From contig OY760660.1 in assembly GCA_963663995.1 (NCBI GenBank), forward strand, positions 1,916,505 to 1,948,504: a stretch of 32,000 nt of DNA, given 5' to 3'. Made by a program: the position numbers and the translations under genes. Under the pieces are notes generated by a model, which searched no databases, had not been told where the DNA came from, and was given only the letters and a program-made list of their open reading frames with translations. Of the stretch, positions 1-6,338 are shown in pieces (position 1 is the first letter of the stretch; each line of letters opens with the position of its first letter). The DNA is from Erysipelotrichaceae bacterium (lineage in GTDB: Bacteria > Bacillota_I > Bacilli_A > Erysipelotrichales > Erysipelotrichaceae).

Positions 1-3000
1 GTTCCTGCATTAGCAACTGGAGCTGTATTCAAGGCAGCTAGAGGAGTAGGTGTAGGAACGACTGTAACTGTAACTGGAGGTGTAGTAGGAGGAGTGGTTG
101 GAGGTGTAACTGGAGGAGCAGGAGGAGCAGTAACAGTAATCGTAACTGTAACTACATTAGAATCATCTTCACCATCATTGGCATGATAAGTAAAGGTATC
201 TGTTCCAACAAATCCAGCAGTAGGTGTATAAGTAAATGAACCATCAGCGCCTAATACTAAGGCACCATTGACAACATTAACATTTAGAACAGCTGTTAAT
301 GAATCACCTTCAACATCAGTATCATTAGCTAAGACACCAGCAGCAGCGATACTTAAGCTTGCAGTATTAACGACTGTATAAGCTTCAGCAACGGCTACAG
401 GGGCATCATTCACTGGAGTTACTGTAATATAAATTGTAGCAACTTCAGAAGTATCAACACCATCACTTACGGTGTAAGTGAATTGATCGTCCCCAACGTA
501 ATTAGCGTTAGGTGTATAAGTAATTGCTGATCCTGTTCCACTTAGAACACCATTGGTAGGAGCAGTTGTGAGGAATGTTAATTCATCTTCATCAACGTCT
601 TCACCAAAGAGGGTAATAAGAAGTGCTGTATCTTCAGGAGTTGTTAACTCTTGACCTTCAGCTACAGGAACATCATTGATAGGATTAACAGTGATTTCTA
701 CAGTTGCGCTAGCACTAATGTTTCCATCAGTAATGCTGTAATCGAAACTATCTAAACCATTGAAATTAGCAGCAGGTGTATAAGTGAAAGAACCATCAAT
801 ATTCATGGATACACTACCACCATTAACACTTGTTGCATCATATGCACTAATTTCTAATGCATCACCATCAACGTCTGAATCATTGTCTATGACTCCATTA
901 ACAGCCAATACAACCAGAGGCGTATCTTCATCAGTTGAATATTCATCATCAACAGCAACAGGAGCATCATTAATGTTTGTTACATTAATGGTAATCGTAG
1001 CTGCTACTGAACTTAGAACACCATCAAATGTTGTAAAGGTGAATGAATCTTGACCGACAAAATCAGTGTTTGGAGTATAAGTAATTTGATCATCATTTAG
1101 AATGCTTAAAGTACCATTTGTAGGTTGAGAAGCGATAGCGAATGTAATGCTATCCCCATCAATATCTGAACCAGTTAAGGTAATGAGTAAAGCTGTTTCT
1201 TCAGCTGTATCTACAGTTTGATCATTAGCAGTAGGAGCATCATTTATTGGGTTAACAGCGATTTCAACAATTGCTATATCCGTTAAACTACCATCACTAA
1301 CTGTGTATGTGAATGTATCACTATCTAATCCCACTCCATTAAAGTTTGCAGCAGGTGTATATGTAAATGTACCATCTAAAGCCATCGATACAGTACCACC
1401 GTTGGTTGTTGTAGTGTCATAAGCACTTACAAATAAACTATCACTATTAGCATCAGTGTCATTGGCTAGAACACTATTAGCAATAAGTACTGTTAATGGA
1501 GTATCTTCATCAGTAGTATATTCATCATCAACTGCAACTGGAGCAGTATTATTAACTGAAATATAAACAGTAGCTATGTTGGAGTTACTTGTTCCATCAT
1601 AAGCCATATATGTGAAATGGTCTGTACCATTGAAACCTGAATTTGAAGTATAAGTGAATGATCCATCAGCATTTAATGATAATGTACCATTTGAAACATT
1701 ATCAACTAATATAGCAGATAGAGAACTACCTTCAACATCAGTATCATTTCCTAAAATACCAGGAGCTGCTATTGATAGTTCAACAAGTTGAGCAGCAGTA
1801 TAATTATCATCTGTGGCAACAGGAGCATCATTGACTGCATTAATAGTAATATTGACAGTCGCTGTATCACTTCCACCATTTCCATCACTGATTGTATAAG
1901 TATAAGAATCAGTACCATTAAAATCAGAAGCAGGTGTAAAAGTAATTGTATTATCAGCATTAATTACTACTGTACCGTTTGATCCTTGTGTTACTGAAGA
2001 GATTGTTAAAACATCACCATCAATATCAGAATCATTAGCTAATACATTAGTTGTAACTGCAGTATCTTCATCAGTAAAATCTGAATCATCTACAGCAACA
2101 GGAGCATCGTTAATCGGTGTAACTGTAATGTTTACAGTACCAGTAACTGATGTTGTACCATCGCTTAATGTGTATGTAAATGAATCATTCCCATTAAAAT
2201 CATCAAAAGGTTCATAACTAAATGATCCGTCAGATCCTAAATAAGTTAGGTCACCATGACTTGGATTAGTACCAGCACTTATTGTTAAAGGATCACCATT
2301 TGGATCACTGTCATTAATTAATAAATGATTTACATCAGAATTTGTAACTTTTAATAATCCATCTTCGTCTACGGTATAAGTATCTGTGCCAGCCACAGGA
2401 CTGTTGTTTGTAACAAGAATAGTAACAGTTGCTTCATTAGAATCAGCAGTACCATCATTTGCTATATATTTGAAAGTAACAGTTCCGTCAAATCCCACTG
2501 AAGGAGTATAATCAAAAGAACCATTACTATTAAGTATTAATGTTCCATTTGCGGGATCACTTACTTTTGTCGATGTAAGTACTGTTCCTAAATCAACATC
2601 ACTATCATTTCCTAAAACACCACTTGCAACAATTGATAATGTTGTGTTTTTAACCAATGTGTAAGAATCATCAACAGCTACTGGTACATCATTTACAGGT
2701 GTTACTGTAATTGTGACAGTAGCAGTATTTGAATCGACATGTCCATCATTTGCTGTGTATGTAAAACTATCTGTTCCATTATAATTTGCGTTTGGTGTAT
2801 ATGTGAATGAACCATCAGCATTTAATGACAAACTACCATTAGTGGTATTGCTAACAAGAACCGCTGTTAAAGGGTCAACATCTCCACTTACATCATTAGC
2901 TAGAACACCTGGCATAGAAATTGTTAATGGAGTATCTTCAAGTGTTGCATACGTATCAGGATTAGCTATCGGAACTGTATTTATACGATAAACTGCTGAA

Positions 3001-3365
3001 ATACCAACGAATTTCACATTAGTATTTGCAGGTTGTTCATATATTACAACCTCGACAAAGAATCCCAAAAATACATAACCTGAATATTCAAGTGCTGTAA
3101 CTTCTGGGAAATTATCTCGAACGAAATTATCGGCATTTGATCCAACAGTTAGACCAGAACTTGTCCATAAAGTATCTAGTTCATTTAAATAATGATATTC
3201 ATAATTGCCATTTCCTTGACCATTATTTATTGAGTCATCAATACTAATATGAATTTCTAATGTTGGAGAATTTTGAGAAGCTAATATTGGTGTTATGTTC
3301 CAGGAACTAAACGTAAGTGTGAAAACCATTAAGATTTTCGAAATTCTAGTAATTGTTTTTATCAT
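1..3365 (-). CDS. Large secreted tandem-repeat surface protein (tandem-95 / cadherin-like Ig repeat adhesin), 3' end outside window
   Basis: Missing from the ORF track because it has no stop inside the window. The reverse strand reads AAGGAGGAcaatttt-ATG (ATG = complement of 3363-3365), then MIKTITRISKILMVFTLTFSSWNITPILASQ (signal-peptide-like) and a ~100-aa unique domain. Ten ~90-100-aa repeats follow (NDAPVAVDD.YTTDEDT.L.V...VLANDTD.DGD.L....T.NG.V....GSFTYTP..NFNG.DSFTYT..DG..S..ATV.I.V), then a Pro/Thr linker (TAPPAPPVTPPTTPPTTPPVTVTVVPTPTP, ~25-135). My hand translation found no in-frame stop down to position 3. Confidence 0.85.
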   Translation of the reverse strand, partial: MIKTITRISKILMVFTLTFSSWNITPILASQNSPTLEIHISIDDSINNGQGNGNYEYHYLNELDTLWTSSGLTVGSNADNFVRDNFPEVTALEYSGYVFLGFFVEVVIYEQPANTNVKFVGISAVYRINTVPIANPDTYATLEDTPLTISMPGVLANDVSGDVDPLTAVLVSNTTNGSLSLNADGSFTYTPNANYNGTDSFTYTANDGHVDSNTATVTITVTPVNDVPVAVDDSYTLVKNTTLSIVASGVLGNDSDVDLGTVLTSTKVSDPANGTLILNSNGSFDYTPSVGFDGTVTFKYIANDGTADSNEATVTILVTNNSPVAGTDTYTVDEDGLLKVTNSDVNHLLINDSDPNGDPLTISAGTNPSHGDLTYLGSDGSFSYEPFDDFNGNDSFTYTLSDGTTSVTGTVNITVTPINDAPVAVDDSDFTDEDTAVTTNVLANDSDIDGDVLTISSVTQGSNGTVVINADNTITFTPASDFNGTDSYTYTISDGNGGSDTATVNITINAVNDAPVATDDNYTAAQLVELSIAAPGILGNDTDVEGSSLSAILVDNVSNGTLSLNADGSFTYTSNSGFNGTDHFTYMAYDGTSNSNIATVYISVNNTAPVAVDDEYTTDEDTPLTVLIANSVLANDTDANSDSLFVSAYDTTTTNGGTVSMALDGTFTYTPAANFNGVGLDSDTFTYTVSDGSLTDIAIVEIAVNPINDAPTANDQTVDTAEETALLITLTGSDIDGDSITFAIASQPTNGTLSILNDDQITYTPNTDFVGQDSFTFTTFDGVLSSVAATITINVTNINDAPVAVDDEYSTDEDTPLVVLAVNGVIDNDSDVDGDALEISAYDATSVNGGSVSMNIDGSFTYTPAANFNGLDSFDYSITDGNISASATVEITVNPINDVPVAEGQELTTPEDTALLITLFGEDVDEDELTFLTTAPTNGVLSGTGSAITYTPNANYVGDDQFTYTVSDGVDTSEVATIYITVTPVNDAPVAVAEAYTVVNTASLSIAAAGVLANDTDVEGDSLTAVLNVNVVNGALVLGADGSFTYTPTAGFVGTDTFTYHANDGEDDSNVVTVTITVTAPPAPPVTPPTTPPTTPPVTVTVVPTPTPLAALNTAPVANAG
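140..2990 (-). repeat. Ten tandem coding repeats, period ~260-305 nt (~95 aa), diverged at DNA level
   Basis: The repeat junction motif (I/V)ND(A/V)P(V/T)A recurs on the minus strand near 2975, 2690, 2400, 2105, 1830, 1545, 1240, 965, 675 and 415, and the last repeat ends near 140. Two subtypes are visible: VDD.YTTDEDTPL.V, and A.DQ..T.E.TALLITL.G.D.D.D..TF (the repeats at ~965-1240 and ~415-675). Confidence 0.8.
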
Positions 3366-3383
3366 AAAATTGTCCTCCTTTTT

Positions 3384-3490
3384 GAAAATAAAATGACCGG
3401 TTTTCTGCTAAGTGCAGTTGACCGGTCATAGATTACTCTTTAGACGCCTAACTTTGTGCCCCAAGTTTTCACTTGGTTTACCTTTTGACA
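3384..3490 (-). promoter_or_regulatory. Proximal c-di-GMP-I (GEMM-I)-like riboswitch candidate with intrinsic terminator, directly upstream of the adhesin RBS
   Basis: Minus-strand RNA: UGUCAAAAGGUAAACC-AAGU-GAAA-ACUU-GGGGCACAAAGUUAGGCGUCUAAAG-AGUAAU-CUAUGACCGGUCAA, followed by the terminator AUGACCGGU(CAA CUGC ACUUA GCAG AAA)ACCGGUCAU-UUUAUUUU. Features are a GAAA-capped hairpin, a CUAAAG/CUAUGA tetraloop-receptor-like internal loop and GGUAAACC/CACAAAG junction strands, which resemble Vc2 GGCAAACC...ACGCAAAG. The 3' part of the aptamer is the 5' arm of the terminator. Confidence 0.55.
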
Positions 3491-3559
3491 AAGACGATTT
3501 ACTTTTTAATACCTTTTCTCAAATAATAATCTCCTTTAGAGGAATTAAGACATTCTTTT

Positions 3560-3668
3560 TTAATAAAAAATGACCAGTCCTCTGCTATGTGCAGTTGACC
3601 GGTCATAGATTACTCTTTAGACGCCTAACTTTGTGCCCCAAGCTTTCACTTGGTTTACCATTTTACAT
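3560..3668 (-). promoter_or_regulatory. Distal c-di-GMP-I (GEMM-I)-like riboswitch candidate with its own intrinsic terminator (tandem copy)
   Basis: Direct repeat of 3390-3490, offset by 177 nt. The differences preserve pairing: the tetraloop stem U-A becomes U.G (3467 t vs 3643 c), and a terminator stem G-C becomes G.U (3399 g vs 3576 a). Terminator: AUGACCGGU...ACUGGUCAU-UUUUUUAU. Confidence 0.55.
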
Positions 3669-3760
3669 ATTGGTGTTTACATGATACACGATATATGTTC
3701 TTATATCAATTTATCATTAATTTCTATGCATAAATACATTGATATATACTATGTACTTAA

Positions 3761-3788
3761 ATTATAGAACTTTAAAATTCTAAGTCAA
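3761..3788 (-). promoter_or_regulatory. Sigma-A-type promoter for the adhesin leader
   Basis: Minus strand TTGACT (3788-3783), 16-nt spacer, TATAAT (3766-3761). The predicted TSS near 3754 gives a ~390-nt leader. Confidence 0.5.
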
Positions 3789-3841
3789 TAATACTGCTCA
3801 TGAACTTTTTGTCACAAACATATTAGATTAATAAAAATCAA

Positions 3842-3868
3842 TAAAATAAAAAAGCCAATTGGCTTTCA
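3842..3868 (-). terminator. Rho-independent terminator downstream of tRNA-Trp
   Basis: Minus strand GAAAGCCAATTGGCTTTTTTATTTTAT: a palindromic GC-containing stem followed by a T-run. Confidence 0.7.
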
Positions 3869-3878
3869 AATCTAATAA

Positions 3879-3952
3879 TGGCAGGGGTAGTAGGAGTTGA
3901 ACCCACATTATTGGTTTTGGAGACCAGTGCTCTACCATTGAACTATACCCCT
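3879..3952 (-). tRNA. trnW: tRNA-Trp (anticodon CCA), CCA end encoded
   Basis: Minus strand AGGGGTA-TA-GTTC-AATGGTA-GAGC-A-CTGGT-CTCCAAA-ACCAA-TAAT-GTGGG-TTCAACT-CCTAC-TACCCCT-G-CCA. This is a 74-nt cloverleaf with U33, anticodon CCA, A37 and a TTCAA T-loop. Confidence 0.9.
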
Positions 3953-3966
3953 ATAGGTGCTAAAAC

Positions 3967-3995
3967 ATAATAGCATAGCACTATAGTGTTTTCAA
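3967..3995 (-). promoter_or_regulatory. Promoter for tRNA-Trp
   Basis: Minus strand TTGAAA (3995-3990), 17-nt spacer, TATTAT (3972-3967), ending ~14 nt upstream of the tRNA 5' end. Confidence 0.5.
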
Positions 3996-4023
3996 TATTA
4001 AACTGTTTCTCTATACTTAAATT

Positions 4024-4824
4024 ATGGAAATTATAATAATAATATTGCTTATCTTTATATTTATTATGATGTATAGACAATTTGTCCCTCGATATCGCAT
4101 TTTTAACAATCCTTGGATGAATGCACATTTTGCCCATCGTGGCTTATATGCAAAGGATCAAAGTATTCCTGAGAATTCAATGGCTGCTTTTAAAGAAGCT
4201 ATTAAATATAGTTATGGAATAGAATTGGATATCTCTTTAAGTCTTGATGATAAATGCATGGTCTTTCATGATGATGATCTATCAAGAATGTGCAATATTA
4301 ATAAGAAGATAAATGAACTTAGAGCTAAGGATTTAAAGTGTTTGAAACTTAAAGATACTAATGAGCCTATTCCACTATTAGAGGATGTCTTAACTTGTGT
4401 AAATGGACAAGTTCCTTTAATGATTGAGTTAAAGACATCTAAATATCCAAAGAAATTAGTTTTATTATTTAAAGAAGCTATTAAAGACTATCATGGAAAT
4501 TATTGTGTTGTAAGTTTCGATCCAATGATTTTGTTCTATATAAAACTTGAAATGCCAGAAGTATTACGTGGCCAAATTGTGATGAATTTTAAAAAGAAAA
4601 AAGAATACTCGTTTTTAGTCCGACTGATACTTCATTATTCACTTCTCAACTTTTTAGTTCGACCAGATTTTTTGAGTTTTCATTATGAAGCAATTAATAA
4701 GTTATATAAGATTCATCGTCATTTGAAAGGTTTTGGTTCAATTTGGCCATTAAATTCGACAAATCTTGAAAAAAATTTCCAAAATGAAGCAAATTGCATT
4801 ATTTTCGAATATTATCGTCCGTAG
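4024..4824 (+). CDS. Glycerophosphodiester phosphodiesterase family protein with N-terminal membrane anchor
   Basis: GDPD signature HRGL...IPENSMAAFKEA...GIELDISLSLDDKCMVFHDDDL, with the N-terminal hydrophobic helix EIIIIILLIFIFIMMY. There is no SD; TATACT (4012-4017) lies 6 nt upstream of the ATG. Confidence 0.8.
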   Translation: MEIIIIILLIFIFIMMYRQFVPRYRIFNNPWMNAHFAHRGLYAKDQSIPENSMAAFKEAIKYSYGIELDISLSLDDKCMVFHDDDLSRMCNINKKINELRAKDLKCLKLKDTNEPIPLLEDVLTCVNGQVPLMIELKTSKYPKKLVLLFKEAIKDYHGNYCVVSFDPMILFYIKLEMPEVLRGQIVMNFKKKKEYSFLVRLILHYSLLNFLVRPDFLSFHYEAINKLYKIHRHLKGFGSIWPLNSTNLEKNFQNEANCIIFEYYRP

Positions 4825-4851
4825 GAATTTTAGAGTGCTATACTTTTACTC

Positions 4852-6264
4852 ATGAAGTTATATAATGCAGTCTTGAATTTGTTTAGAGTGGAGAATTTAA
4901 TTCCCCAAAAACACCAAACACATCCATTACCATCTTCGAAAGAAGTTTATAAAAATACCATAAATACAGCTTGGCCATCAGCGGTTGAATCCCTTTTAAT
5001 TGCACTTGTTTCAATAGTTGATATGATCATGGTTTCATCCATTGGTACAGAAGCTATTGCTGCAGTAGGGATTGTTACACAACCTCGTTTTATTGTGATG
5101 TCATTTGTTATGGCACTTAATGTTGGGACTACCGTAGTTGTAGCAAGACGAAAAGGAGCTAATGATAAAGAAAGTGCTAATGTCGCATTAAAAAATGCAT
5201 TCATGCTAAGTATCATCTTTTCTTTGCTTACTACCATCATTGGTGCGATATTTGCGCCACAAGTATTAATCTTTGCTGGGGCAACAGCTGATTACATGGA
5301 TTATGCGGTAGGTTATTATCGCATCATTCTAATCGGTGCCTTTTTTCTTTTAATATCACTCACCATTTCATCAGCCCAAAGAGGGGTAGGAAATACTCGT
5401 GTATCAATGGTGATTAACATTACTGCAAACTTAGTTAATGTCCTATTTAATTATTTATTAATCAATGGTATATGGATTTTTCCTAAACTTGGCGTGATTG
5501 GGGCTGCGACGGCAACTTCTATTGGTAATTTTATCGGTTTTCTTTTAGCGTTATATAGTCTACTTCATAAAGATCGTTTTCTATCATTTGTTTCGCATAA
5601 GAATTGGAAAATTGATATTCCTTCGATTCGTATTTTATGGGATATAAGTTTTCCTGCCTTTGTTGAACAAATCTTTATCCGCTTTGGCTTCTTAATGTAT
5701 CAAAAAGCTGTGGCTGGCCTTGGTACACTTCAATTCGCAACACATTTTATTATTATGCAAATGATGCAGTTAAGTTTTAGTGTCGGAAATGGATTATCGA
5801 TTGCGACCTCAAGTTTAGTTGGTCAAAGTTTAGGAGCTAAACGAAAAGACTTAGCTTTATTATATGGAAAAGTATCACAGCGCATTGGTTTAATTGCAGC
5901 CATTTCTCTATCATTATTAATCGTTATCTTTAGATCACAATTTGTTGGTTTCTTTACGGATGATTTAGAAATCATCGCATTAGGATCGAATATCATGTTG
6001 ATTTTAGCAGTCATCGTAAATTTCCAAATATTACAGGTCATCACTATAGGTTCACTTAGAGGTGCAGGCGATGTAAAATTTGTTGCTAAACTATCAATGT
6101 TTAGCGTCACTCTGATTCGTCCAGCATTAACTTATGTGCTTGCATATAGCTTTGGACTTGAGATTTATGGAGCGTGGTTCAGTGTAATTCTTGATCAAGT
6201 TATACGATATACAGTCAGTCGAATACGCTTTCATAATGCTGAATGGATGGCGATAGAAGTCTAA
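4852..6264 (+). CDS. MATE family efflux transporter
   Basis: 470 aa and polytopic. The MATE-typical N-terminus is TAWPSAVESLLIALVSIVDMIMVSSIGTEAIAAVG, and a second half-repeat reads FPAFVEQIF....LGTLQFATHFI. Confidence 0.85.
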   Translation: MKLYNAVLNLFRVENLIPQKHQTHPLPSSKEVYKNTINTAWPSAVESLLIALVSIVDMIMVSSIGTEAIAAVGIVTQPRFIVMSFVMALNVGTTVVVARRKGANDKESANVALKNAFMLSIIFSLLTTIIGAIFAPQVLIFAGATADYMDYAVGYYRIILIGAFFLLISLTISSAQRGVGNTRVSMVINITANLVNVLFNYLLINGIWIFPKLGVIGAATATSIGNFIGFLLALYSLLHKDRFLSFVSHKNWKIDIPSIRILWDISFPAFVEQIFIRFGFLMYQKAVAGLGTLQFATHFIIMQMMQLSFSVGNGLSIATSSLVGQSLGAKRKDLALLYGKVSQRIGLIAAISLSLLIVIFRSQFVGFFTDDLEIIALGSNIMLILAVIVNFQILQVITIGSLRGAGDVKFVAKLSMFSVTLIRPALTYVLAYSFGLEIYGAWFSVILDQVIRYTVSRIRFHNAEWMAIEV

Positions 6265-6338
6265 AAGAAATTCTTTGAAAGAGTCACGGAAATTTTTTAC
6301 ATTTTGGAGTATAATTAATAAGTCTATAGGAGGATTCC

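Noticed and set aside
784-2991. Short track ORFs inside the adhesin region (784..1053 +, 1788..1982 +, 2803..2991 +, 1769..1960 -)
   Set aside because: They are antisense or off-frame shadows of the long minus-strand repeat ORF. They have low-complexity Ser/Thr/Leu/Ile-rich translations and no RBS.
3491-3540. Seven-codon leader peptide (AAAGGAG-7 nt-TTG AGA AAA GGT ATT AAA AAG TAA, minus strand) between the two riboswitch units
   Set aside because: It is very short with a non-ATG start. The analogous frame at the 26.2-kb copy gives an unrelated peptide, so it cannot be supported from sequence alone.
3390-3668. The two ~100-nt direct repeats as a CRISPR array or a mobile-element terminal repeat
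   Set aside because: There are only two copies, and they are far longer than CRISPR repeats. No cas or transposase genes are present. Both copies are oriented as transcribed leader elements with a conserved hairpin and terminator structure, which fits cis-regulatory RNA better.
3842-3995. tRNA-Trp as an integration site marking the adhesin locus as a genomic island
   Set aside because: No integrase and no recognisable direct repeat of the tRNA 3' end were seen in the window. The left boundary is outside the window, so this cannot be evaluated.
3943-4137. 64-aa minus-strand ORF
   Set aside because: It overlaps the tRNA-Trp 5' end, the tRNA promoter and the GDPD start. It has no RBS and an implausible composition.
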